From: Cetorhinus maximus
Lineage: Eukaryota
DNA: 64,000 bases
Direction of reading: 5' to 3'
NCBI RefSeq assembly: GCF_964194155.1
Contig: NC_135884.1
Span: 99,572,001-99,636,000 of the forward strand
Shown here: in pieces, positions 1 to 11,900 of the stretch
How the letters are laid out: each line of letters begins with the position of its first letter
Numbering within the stretch: position 1 is the first letter of the stretch
Made by a program: the position numbers and the translations under genes
The notes under the pieces: model-generated
Database searches by the model: none
Told to the model about the DNA's origin: nothing
What the model saw: only the letters and a program-made list of their open reading frames with translations

Positions 1-557
1 CCTCCGTGTCTCCAGAAGAACATGTATACAATTTATGTTTAAAATGAAGTTCTAGAAGATTGTGTTTTTCTTCATGCAGCTCAACTTTTACTCTTCCTTA
101 TAAACATTTACAAAGAAAAAATGTGATGGAGTTTCTGTTTTGGATGCAATTCAGAAATTCAATTACTTGAAATTGTGATGATTAGATTACAGTTCAAACT
201 TCTGCTAAAGTTTATTTGCTTAATCACAAATATGAAACCTTCCATGAACCAGCGCAGTCAGGCACCATGATAGAACATAATAATTTCTTTTCTTTCCTTA
301 AAAATATTCCTTGATGTATTTACCTGCTGTAGTTTTGTTAACACAGTGAAAATGGGTTTATCACCAAAAAATAAGAGTTTTTAATGAGGATGTCCAGTTC
401 TCCACCTCTGAGTAACCTGATTTAAAATCACGAAAAATGACTTAAAGATAAACAATACTGAACCACTTCATACTTTTGTTGGTTTACAATGGTAAATTTC
501 TTAGAAAATTAAATATTAAAACTTTTAATCGTTTGTCAGTATAGAACTTGAGACAAA

Positions 558-593
558 CTGTCAAAGCATTTCATCTTGCACTCATCAGGACAG
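558..593 (-). ncRNA. Minimal type I hammerhead ribozyme-like motif (inverted Penelope terminal repeat)
   Basis: Minus strand reads CTGTC-CTGATGA-GTGCAAGAT-GAAA-TGCTTT-GACAG, with CUGAUGA/GAAA core and a 5-bp stem I. Confidence 0.62.
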
Positions 594-607
594 ATTAAGA
601 ATTCCAA

Positions 608-721
608 GGCCCCGCCTGCTGCTGGGATCTTCCAGTCCCACCGAAAGTCAATGGACTTTCGACTGGCCCGCCGCACTCCTGCAGCAGGTCCTGCCACTGT
701 GGGGCCAGAAAACCCCAGCCC
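608..721. mobile_element. Short MITE fragment interrupting the Penelope inverted repeat
   Basis: GC-rich insert ending GAAAACCCCAGCCC (TIR-like). Its AAGTCAATGGACTTT core is shared, inverted, with 14597-14713, and the Penelope repeat resumes after it. Confidence 0.55.
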
Positions 722-2165
722 ACGTCTCAAAGGGAACAACAATTTATACTGCATGAGAAGAGGGTGCTGATTGGTGGGCAAGTGGACTCTGATTGGTAGA
801 TGTCATATGAAGGCACACCAAAATTGAAGGCATGCATGCAAACAAATGCTTCGCTTTCAGAAAGCACATGGTCAGAGAGATTGATGGCATCATCAATTGC
901 ACTAATTGTTGGTTTCCATGGGAAATGCATCTTCGATGGAATGACCCCTAACGCACCCCTTGCATATTTCCGATACATAGATGATACGTTTGATATATTT
1001 GAATCTACAGCTACATGTAAGAATTTCCTTACACACCTTAATGGGCTTCATCCTGTGCTCAAATTCACTTTTGAAATGGAGCAGTCAAATGAACTCCCTT
1101 TCCTCAGTGTGCTAGTTGAGAAATCTACCAATGGGTTCTCTACTACTATCTACTTCAAGACCACTTTCACTGGTCAATGCACATGTTAGGATTCCTACAA
1201 TTCCGCATGCTATAAGATTGGCCTTATCAGCAACCTTGCAAAAAAGGGCCCAAGCCATTTGCACACCATGCATGCTTGATGTCGAAATAGGGTGCATCAA
1301 AGCTATCCTGTGGGATAATAGCTACCCTGATCAGATCATTGCTCGCTGTATATTGCACAAACTCATGAATGGGCCTAAAGCCGCCACCTTTGGTCCTGAA
1401 AAGTGTCCAGCCTACCTCAGGTTACCCTGGAAGTGTAAAGTGTCGAAAAATTTGAGCAACAGGTGAAGCCAATATGCAGTAGTAACACAAATGGTATTCT
1501 CCACTAACAGGATGTTACTGTCGAACCAAAAAGATGTTTTGCCTAACACACAAATGAGTAATGTGGTATATGAACTTCAGTGCCGGTGTGATGCCAGGTA
1601 TGTAGGCCAAACATTCCAATGAGTGAGTGCCTTCCAATTCCAAACAGCATGTGCCTTCGAGTGTTCGCAACAGACAAAATACTGACTGCACTCAACCATC
1701 CATGCTTGCAAAACTCAGAGCATACTGGCCAAAATTAGATGTGATTCTGAGATTGGACAACGCATGCTAAAGAATCCTGATTACATTGACAACCAATTGA
1801 AGTGATGATCAATTTCAAATTATCAGTTGGGCTTGCAATGTGGCTCACTTAAGTGTGCTAGAAGCTACACATAGGGCCCTGCTCTTTGAAAACAGAAAGA
1901 ACATGTCCACACATTGCACCTTTTTCAATTAAACAAAAACTTGGGGGATAGCCATTCCCTAGTTCATAACCCATTGCAATGCCTTGACCAATCAATGTTG
2001 ACCTGCCTGGTTTGAATTTAAACAAAAGCTTGGCAGTTAACTATTCCCTGGTGCATTCTCCATGGCAATGCCTCTACCAATCAGAGTCCACTTGCTTACC
2101 AATCAACACCTTTGTCTCATACTGTATAAGTTGCCATTCCTTTTGAGATTTAGTATTCTTTAAAT

Positions 2166-2201
2166 CTGTCCTGATGAGTGCAAGATGAAAAGCTTTGACA
2201 G
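2166..2201 (+). ncRNA. Minimal type I hammerhead ribozyme-like motif (Penelope 3' repeat)
   Basis: CTGTC-CTGATGA-GTGCAAGAT-GAAA-AGCTTT-GACAG has an intact core and a short palindromic stem III (AAGCTT), typical of dimer-acting Penelope hammerheads. Confidence 0.7.
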
Positions 2202-2824
2202 TGTCTCTTTTTCAGCAATATTTAAATTTTCAACACGTAGCTACTAGTGCTTGTGCTCATAATCATATAGTAACTGGTTAGTTTTAAAATATCTCCTGGA
2301 CTAGTTCAAAATCACTTCTTGACCATGTTGGCTTAATATATCAAATAACGTATTGAATCAGACTACAAAATAGTCAAATCGCATGAAAATTATTGATTTT
2401 AAAACTACCAAGACCCCAAATGAAGCAAAAGGAAAAATGTACTTCTGTGGTGTGGTATTCAGTTTTAGAGGCCAGTTGTGGGCTTGATCTACATGATTAA
2501 CTTATCTCAGCTGGGGTGGTATGGTGGGCCAGGGTCCTCACTCCTGATTCCTTGCTGCAAAGTATGTCCATCAAAAGAGCTCAGTTTGGGCCTGGCTGTC
2601 AGGCTCTTCACAGTTGAACAGCTAGCTGACACTTAGTTGAACATGAAGGATGGCTCGTTGAATGAGGTACTGGAGGGCACCTATCACATCTAGGATGAGA
2701 CCTTAATATGAGTTCATTCTTTCAAGACGATAGAAAGCAATTATAAAAAGTGTATCTACTTGTTTTTAACTCAGTTTTTTATGTCATCACTAAACAGAAA
2801 TGAATTGCTCCACTAATTTAAAGT

Positions 2825-5070
2825 CATATTCATAGAGTCAGAGGTCCACAGCACAGAAAAAGACCCTTCGGCCCATCGAGTCTACGCCAGTCAAACAGTA
2901 CTTAACTATTCTAATTCCATTTTCCAGCACTAGGCCCATAGCCTTGTATGCCATGGCATCGCAAGTGCACATCCAAATACTTCTTAAATGTTATGAGGGT
3001 TTCTGCCTCTACTACCCTTTCAAACAGTGAATTCCAGATTCCCACCATCCTCTGGGTGAAAAAATTCTTCCTCACATCCTCTCTAAACCTCTTGCCTCTT
3101 ACCTTAAATTTATGCCCCCTGGTTATTGATCCCTCCACCAAGGGGAAAAGTTCCTTCCTGCCTACCCTATCTCATAATTTTATACACCTCAATCATGTCC
3201 CCTCTCAATCTCCTCTGCTCCAAGGGAAATAACCCCAGTCTATCCAATCTCTCCTCATAACTAAAACTCTCCAGCCCAGGCAACAACCTGGTAAATCTCC
3301 TCTGCTCTCTCTCTAGTGCAATCAAATCCTTCCTATAATGCGGATTCCAGAACTACACGCAATACTCTAGCTGTGGCCTAACCAGCGTTTTATACAGTTC
3401 CAGCATAACCTCCCTGCTCTTATATTCTATGCCTCGGCTAATAAATGCAAGTATCCCATATGCCTTCTTAACCACCTTATCTACCTGTCCCGCTACCTTA
3501 AGGGACCGTTGGACATGCAGACCAAGGTCCCTCTGATCCTCGGTACTTCCCAGGGTCCTACCATTCATCGTGTATTCCCGTGCCTTGTTTGTCCTGCTCA
3601 AGTGCATCACCTCATACTGGATTAAATTCCATTTGCCACTGATCAGCCCATCTGACCAGCCCGTCTATATCCTCCTGTAATCTAAGGCTATCCTCCTCAC
3701 TATTTACCACCCCACCAATTTTCGTGTCATCCACGAACTTACTGATCAACCCTCCTACATTCAAGCCTAAATTGTTTATATATACCACAAACAGCAAGGG
3801 ACCCATCACCGATCCCTGTGGGAACCCCACTGGACACAGGCATCCAGTCACAAAAACACCCCTTGACCATCACCCTCTGCTTCCTGCCACTCAGCCGATT
3901 CTGGATCCAATTTGCCAAATTGCCTTGGATCCCATGGACTCTTATCTTCGTTATCAGCCTCCCATGCGGGACCTTATCAAAAGCCTTGCTGAAGTCCAAG
4001 TAGACTATGTCAAGTGCATTGCCCTCATCTACACACCTGGTCACCTCTTCGAAAAATTCAATCAAATTGGTCAGACATGACCTCCCCTGAACAAAACCAT
4101 GCTGACTGTCCTTGATTAATCCCTGTCTCTCCAAGTGTAGATTAATTCTGTCCCTCAGAATTACTTCCAATAATTTCCCCACCACTGAGGTTAGACTGAC
4201 TGGTGTGTAGTTCCCTGCTTTATCCCTTCCTCCCTTCTTGAATAACGGTACCACATTGGCTGTCCTCCAGTCCTCTGACACCTCTCCTACGGCCAGAGAG
4301 GTATTGAAAATTATTGCCAGCGCCCCTGCTATCCCCTCCCTTGCCTTGCTCAACAGCCTGGGATACATTTCATCAGGGCCTGGAGATTTATCTACTTTTA
4401 AACCTGCCAGACCAATTAGAACCTCCTCCTTTTCTATGCTAATTTCTTTAATTATATCACAGTCCTGCCAGATTTCATACCCACGTTGTTCCTCTCACTT
4501 GTGAACACCAACACAATGTATTCATTTAGAACCCTACCTACGACTTCCGGCTCCACACAAATTACCACTATGGTCCTTAATGGGCTCTACCCTTTCCCTA
4601 GTTATCCTCTTACTCTTAATGTACTTGTAAAATAACTTTGGATTTTCCTTTATTTTACCTGCCAATGTTTCTTCATGCCCCCTTTTTGCTCTCCTAATTT
4701 CCTTTTTAAGTTCCCCCCTACACATCCTATACTCCTCTAGGGCTTCCGCTGTTTTGAGCCCTCGGTATCTGCCATAAGCCTCCCTTTTTCTCTTTTTTCA
4801 ATCCTGTATATCCCTCGACATCCAGGGTTCCCTGGATTTGTTGGTCCCGCCCTTTGTCTTTACTGGAATATGTTGGCCCTGTACTCTCCCTATTTCCTTC
4901 TTGAATGAGTCCCACTGCTCTGATGCAGATTTACCTAAAAATAGCTCCACCCAGTCCACTCTGGCCAAATTACATGTGATCTTATTAAAATTGGCCTTCC
5001 CCCAATTTAGTACTCTGATTTCTGGCCCATCCTGTCCTTTTCCATACCAACCCTGAATCTAACAGAGTTA
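2825..5070 (-). mobile_element. CR1-type LINE, 5'-truncated, frameshifted ORF2
   Basis: Minus-strand ORFs carry DWRTANVVPLFKKG, PVSLTSVVGK, YLDFSKAFDKVPH, PQGSVMGPLLF, KFVDDTK and LVRPQLEYC. Confidence 0.95.
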
Positions 5071-6409
5071 TAGATAGTTGTAGATTGTGGATTCAATAGT
5101 TGTAGATTGTGACAGTCCAACCATTCAACTTGCTGTTACAAGCTATGCAAGAATTATAAATGATGAGGACACTGTTTTAAGGTCTTGACCTTGGCAGGTC
5201 TCTCTTCACTCAGGTATATTAATATTAATCTTGTATGATTAAAGAATTTCATTCATAAAATTCTCCTCTATCAGTATGACTACAAAAGCATTTTGGAGCA
5301 GTACACCATGGTATCACACAAAAATATAACCATTTGTTCTGAGAAACTTGGTGTTAAAAATATATTTGTAATCCTTTATAATAAGACTAATTCATTCTAG
5401 TGCACTTTGTATCCAATATACACTAAATGTACATTCTCACTTGAACCAAACTCACTAATTCACTCCATCCCTGTTTAATTGAACAATAACAATTGTATAA
5501 TAATTTTATAAACTGTCTCCCATGCAGATAAGATACTGTAAAGAGAATAAAATCTTTCTGCATGTTTCCATAATTAGTAATGTAAAATTTATAAGTAGAA
5601 TGGTAATATTTCTCCTTCTCATCCTGAGAAATTATCTTTGCTGTACTACAGCTTTGTTTTTCATTTTTGTGAAGGCTCTTTAGAGTCACCATGGTGTGTA
5701 ATGAATATTGCTGCAATATCAAACCGTGTAACTGTGCAAACACTCACAGTCATGTACAGTTCCTCTCATACAAATCATTTTATTTTATCAAAGCAAGACC
5801 AGACATCACATGGTCCTTGATGAGCATAACAGAAGTTCATTTGAACCAGTTCAGATTAAGACTATTACCAGGGAATGTACACATTACAATCTATTATTCC
5901 CAAAGAGGTTTCTAATTGGGATTTAGTTCAGATCCTAAAATCTGAGCCAATTACATCGTGGACTCCCTTTAGCTGTGATTTGGGGTTAGAGTCAAAAACA
6001 CTAATGATATTTGTAAGGATAATTTCTTGCTCTACTTTGTGTCAGTTGAAGCACTGCTTGGTCTGTAGAATAGTGCCAGCGGTGTAATGATTGTTCCATT
6101 GAAGATGGTTTTAACTGCGGTTTCAGAAGACAATGCCAAATGTACAAAGTGTATGGTATTTCCATTCTCTAACTTATCAGCCCTTGGTATCTAGCACTTT
6201 TCTCTTTCCATCTGTAACAGGTCCTCACTCATCCTGGATGGAACTGGAGATCAACTTTATTCAATTGAAATTCTTATTTCCACTGCAACCACACAATCAT
6301 GTCTCTCCCAGTTTGCCCCCTTGACACATCAATCCAGGTCCCAGAGCTCACCGAGTGTGTAACATCAGGTTGCAACAAGACTTGCTACAATGATTGAAAC
6401 TTTAAAAGA

Positions 6410-6784
6410 GAGACTTGCATTTGTACGGTACCTTTCACCACTTCAGGACATCTGAAAGCACTTTACAATCAATGAACCATTTTTGAAGTGTATTCACCGC
6501 TATACTGTAGAAAATGTAACAGCCAATTTGCATACAGTAAGCTCCCACAATCCACAATGGAATAAGTAACTAGGTCATTTGTTTTTGGTGTTGGTTGATG
6601 AATAAACATTGGCCAGGAAGCCTGACGAACAACCCTACTCTTCAATGAATAGTGCCATGGGAAAGATGTTACCCTTAGTACGGCGCTGAATTGCCAGCTG
6701 AGATTATTTGCTCCAGTCTCTGGAATGGGATTTGAACCCACAACTTTGTGACTCGGGTACAAAAATACAACCACTATGCCAAGG
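6410..6784 (-). mobile_element. tRNA-headed SINE (Deu-domain/L2-tail type), internally deleted
   Basis: B-box GGTTCAAATCCC on the minus strand near 6727-6738. The 3' half resembles 29030-29285 and 62315-62378. Family assigned from recalled consensus. Confidence 0.7.
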
Positions 6785-8921
6785 TCTATGCAATTTTCAT
6801 ATTGAACCAAACACCAAAGACTTGCTCCCAAACACAAAGCAGGAATGAAAATGAATTAAAAGTTTTGGATTTTTGATTTCTTTGAGAAACTGAGGCCCAC
6901 AGTATAGGACATCATTAAGGTTGGAAAGAGTAGAATGGATGAGGGAAAACAAACTATTGTCTTTGGGAGATACCAAGATTGTGTTCTAAAATCTTCAGAT
7001 TGTAGGAAGAGGGAAAGAGTAGAAGGATTGAGGAATTCTATGGCTTTAAGGTTCTAGGAAACAATCGCTAAAAATTTCAACTTTACTGGGGTTGTAAAAT
7101 GGCTGTTACTGGATCGCCCACCGGTTACTGCTTCCCCTCTCCCATTGACTGTTACTTAAAATAAATCATGTTTGCAAATATTTCTCATTTGCTTTCTAAC
7201 TTTTACTTGTTTGTGACGCACTAGGTGAACTTGAATATCTATTAAATTGGGCGATATAGGAAGAACTTAAAAAAATAAGTAGAGAATTGCGACTAAGGCA
7301 GTATAATTAGAAATCTGATTTACCTCATGGGGCTGAAATGAATTTGATCTATTGCATAACAGAAGAAATGTCAAGTAATGGTTCTTTAAAATATGCTCAT
7401 CAGATGTGTTCAGAGTGTCCCCCATTTCCCTCCTCCTTCCCTTCATTTGATGCTTCCACTGAAGGAAGGAGGGAGAGAGTTAAACTCTCAGAAACCAATG
7501 GGACATGATATGAACTATGTTAAGATAAGAACTGTTAAGTGGTGAATTTACCAAGAAGAAAGTGTCATCAATAAGTTATTGTGGGAGACTTTGGTGAGGC
7601 TGTATTGTAGCATGGCACCTGATCTGGCTGGACATTTGAATCCGTGTGTTGTGTTTGATGCTAACTCTCACAGACACAGGCACTTATTATGCCTCTACTC
7701 AGCAGAGGCAACATGAGCCAGGGCTGCAGAGGTTTCCTTGCTCTTTTAAGAGTTAACTTTACATTCTTCTGAATGGATAAACTAATGGGGATGCAATGGA
7801 TTGTCTTAAAATAAAGAGATTATTACTCTTGCCCAGGAAACCGCCATTGACCTGCATCAGGCTGTACAAATGCTCATGGATTGGTTGGGCATTGATGCGG
7901 GTTGGATTTTACCAGCCCTCCACGGATGGGACAGTGAAGACCGCCCATAAAATGATGAGGGAGGGAAGGTCCATTGCCATTCCACTGCCATGGCATTCGG
8001 TCAGCAGAGGGAAGGTGGAAGACGTCTCTTCTGCCCAAAGGCCAATAGTGCAACTTAAGTGACTAATGAAGGGCCTCTTCCTGCTGCAGTGGGTGGACCC
8101 TCTGGTGAAACCTGGCAGCCTTCCTGTGGAATAGGAAGTGGGGGGCCTCCTCATAATCAGTCACTCGGTAGCCCACTACTCTGGGCCTGCTTGACTGGCC
8201 TAGTGATGCCAGACCCAACTCATCTTGTTCCGAGGGTGGCGTCCATCGCTGCATCCATCCAGCTTGGTGCAGTCCCATCAGTGGCCATTGCCACTGATAG
8301 TGGAGCTGCTGAGATTGAAGAGCAGCCAGCCCTCCAATTGGTCAGGAGCTTTTGGAGGAGAGATCCTGCCTTTTAAAGGGACAGGAAGGTAAAACCAGTT
8401 CAAAATGTTTAAATCCCAGTAAAATACAGTAATGCTGGCACCAGTAATGTTGGAGTTCCATTTTAAGATATATAAGACCAGTTTGGACAAGTTTTCCTGG
8501 TACCCTTCATTTTTACGTTTTACCGGTCTTTCCTTTGCAGCTAATTGACTGCCAAATTGGTCTAAAATGTGGCCGGTTGTCCTCCAATTGTCCAAAGTGT
8601 GGTTGCCCCCGGCTTTCCGGCCCATTGACCGGGCCTCCACCACCCCGATGAATGTATGGTGATCGTGTACAGGTGCGTTTAAGGTTGCATATACAAAATC
8701 AATGATACCCTGTGTGCAGGGAAATACAAATATTCTAGTTGCTTGCCAATTTTTTTTCAGATTTTCAATAACCTTGTGTTCTTCCATTTGTTTACCTTGG
8801 AAAGGAATAAGCAGCATGTGCACTTGCTAATTTGTTTAATGGTGTTTTTCAATCTTTTTCAATACTATTCGTTATCTCTCTATGGCATTCCTGCTGCATT
8901 GGTGCCTACAGTTCATGGCAA

Positions 8922-8930
8922 TATATAAAA
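8922..8930 (+). promoter_or_regulatory. TATA box of single-copy chymotrypsinogen gene
   Basis: TATATAAAA about 40 bp upstream of the ATG at 8970 (context AACCATGG). Confidence 0.75.
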
Positions 8931-8969
8931 CCCATCATCATTTTCTTAAAGCTCATAGTAACACAAACC

Positions 8970-11900
8970 ATGGCACTCCTCTGGCTTCTCTCCTGCTTTG
9001 CCTTCATTGGAGCCAGTTATGGTAATGCTGTTTTAAACCAAGTTCCAGTTTTAATAATTGACATTGACGATATTGGTTTGGATAGTCAGACACTTTTGAT
9101 AATACAAAATTGTAACAATTGCTTCCTTTAACTCAGGCTGTGGCTCTCCGGCCATTACTCCTGTTATCACGGGCTATGCTCGAGTTGTCAATGGTGAAGA
9201 AGCTGTTCCAGGATCCTGGCCTTGGCAGGTCTCCTTACAGGTGAGCTAATGCTACTGAACATATAAAAGTGACATATTTATAATTGTGCTGTTGAAATTC
9301 AAGCAATTAATGCCACCTTGTGTTGTACATGTAGACTTGGGCTTCTACACTTAGATTGAATCTTGTTAATAGTTAAAAGTTAGACCATAAACAGTAAGAG
9401 GAAATAATAAAGGACTATTTGCTGTTTATTGCACATGAGATTGATATCAATGAAGAAGGGTCACAGCCCATTCTAGTTCATCCAGATAACAAGAATCTCC
9501 ACATGTTGCATTATCCAATTGGTTTTAAAAATAATTCCAGGATTTTTAATCTCCACTGCTCTAGTACAAGATCATTCTATGTATTCCTCTTTTTTGCTCA
9601 CTTCCACCATCATGTGTATAGAGGAATCAAATATTCGATTAATATCCTGCTATACCTTCATCCTACACAATTAGATTCTGACCTTCATCCATGCGTGGTC
9701 CTAGCCTGTCTTTAAATATATATATTTTTATAAAACCTTTTATATGCCTCTAAAAGCCATGATCATTTCTTTTCATATTATCTATTATTGTTTTTTTCAT
9801 ATTCCCTTTAAGCCATTCTTTTTTACCTCCCCATCTCACTTTCTTGCATTTGTCTTTTGTATTATTAATCCTAATGTTATCAAATGCTTCCCTCGTAAAG
9901 TTTCAGTTTAGTTTTATCTCTCTGTGCATCCTTAGAACTCTCTTCTGCAATGTATTCATTTTCATTCACGCTACCTTATTTTTGAAGATCTCCCATTGCT
10001 GATCTGATGACTTATTTGCTAACTTCCCTGCGTAGCCAATTGGGCCCAGGACCCTTCCTACAGAGAAATGCCGTTCACAGTATGGATCCCCATCATACAC
10101 CTGCCAGTAAAATTAGGCCCACTTTCTATTGTTAACCGAGCTAACAGCCGTCTATATGTGCTTCGTTAGCTGTAATACGTTCTCTCTCAAGCGATGATCT
10201 CATAACCATTTTTATATCTTTATATCTATATACATTCGGCCACACATATGGGGCACATGTGTGGCCGAATGGAATTACAATGCAAAGCAATTGAGAGTGT
10301 TCAGAAAAGGGCTTGAAGAGTGATTCTTGATCCTAATTACCATATTCAATCAGACACCTTACTGCAGGCTGGAGACCCTCGAGAACAGACTCTGTGAGAT
10401 CGCTTCCCAGGCCATCTCCAAACTTCACTGCTCATTACCTGCAAACAGATCTCACAGAACTTAAAACAACTAACTGAATTAAGATGTAAAATGATAAGAT
10501 TTAAGAATAGTCCAATGCTATATCTCATCCGCGCAATAAGCAAAGACCCAAACCTCCCTGTCGTTTGCCATTTTAACACTCCACCCTGTTCTCTTGCCCA
10601 CATGTCTGTCCTTGGCTTGCTGCATTGTTCCAGTGAAGCCCAACGCAAACTGGAGGAACAGCACCTCATCTTCCGACTAGGCACTTTACAGCCTTCCGGG
10701 CTGAATATTGAATTCAACAACTTTAGATCTTAAACTCCCCCTCCCCCCATCCCCACCCTGTTTCTTCCCCCTCCCTTTTGTTTTTTTTTCCAATAATTTA
10801 TATAGATTTTTCTTTTCCCACCTATTTCCATTATTTTTAAATCTACAACTAATACCTTGTCAGTCTTTCCACCCCACCCCCACTAGAGCTGTACCTTGAG
10901 TGTCCTGCCATCCATTCTTAATTGGCACTTTTCTTAGATAATATCACCACCTTCAACACCTCTTTGATCCTTTTGTCTGTGACATCTTTTGATTATTTGC
11001 TCCTATCACTGCTTGCTTGTCCCTACAACCACTCCACCCTCAACTTCTCTCCCCCCGCCCCCCACCTTAAACCAGCTTATATTTCACCCCTTTCCTAACT
11101 ATACTTCAGTTCTGTTGAAGGGTCATGTGGACTCGAAACGTCAACTCTTTTCTTCTCCACCGATGCTGCCAGACCTGCTGAGCTTTTCCAGATAATTCTG
11201 TTTTTGTTTTGGATTTCCAGCATCCGCAGTAGCTTTTTGTTTTTAAATTCTAATGACTGTTGGACTTTGAACCTTGATAACGTAAAGATCCTAATCTGAT
11301 GATCAGTACATTATTTTACTCTGTTTTTCAACTATTTTGTGTATTTTGGTTGGAATTGTAAAGCTTGCCTCAATTTGGTCCTTGGCTGTAATAGAAGCTG
11401 TTTTTTAAACAAATAAACCTTTGAACTGAAATTGAATTGCAATTTAGAATGAGAAAAAAGACATTATCAAGATGATACTGAGCATCTTCTCTCTTTGTGT
11501 CACAGACCGACTCTAGCTGGCATTTTTGTGGGGGCTCTTTGATCAATGAAAACTGGGTTGTCACTGCTGCACATTGTGGTGTGAGGTAAGTCTTAACATG
11601 AGGCCTGCAAAAAAAGAAAAAGCTGGAATAGTAGCTCTAAAGCTTCATTCATGGTGTATAATGCAGTTTTAGCCAACATTTTTGATCAAAGTAAAGCCTA
11701 GTGCAAGACGCAAACTGCAATTAGGGGAAGAGCATTGATCTGAAAAATAACAAGATCCTCCTTCCCTGAATAGAATTAGGGAAATGGAGGATGGCCTGAA
11801 AGTGACAATGACAAGAAAGTACAGTTTTCAGTTTGAAATCCTGGTGGAATGAAGCCCAGAGCTGCTAACATTGCAAATATAATCACTGTCACTTCCTGTT

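Larger units (their letters stand above)
545..2220 (+). mobile_element. Degenerate 5'-truncated Penelope-like retroelement (RT + GIY-YIG) with an inverted copy of its terminal repeat at the 5' side
   Basis: ORF 800-1189 has YFRYIDDTF and FTFEMEQSNELPFL. SNVVYELQCRCDARYVGQT at about 1557-1613 is GIY-YIG-like. Bases 545-607 plus 724-800 are the reverse complement of about 2070-2210. Frameshifted. Confidence 0.88.

Noticed and set aside
6700-6784. tRNA gene
   Set aside because: Only a degenerate tRNA-derived SINE head; no cloverleaf can be formed.
8700-8830. PTF1 (E-box plus TC-box) pancreatic enhancer
   Set aside because: GGGAAA (about 8720) and CACTTG/CATGTG (about 8815-8826) exist but not at the expected spacing. 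No convincing paired site was seen in the triplicated promoter either.
8832-9131. ORF-track entries 8832-9131, 11849-12136, 12838-13146 and 14044-14250 as standalone genes
   Set aside because: Each is a chymotrypsinogen exon read through into flanking intron or UTR.
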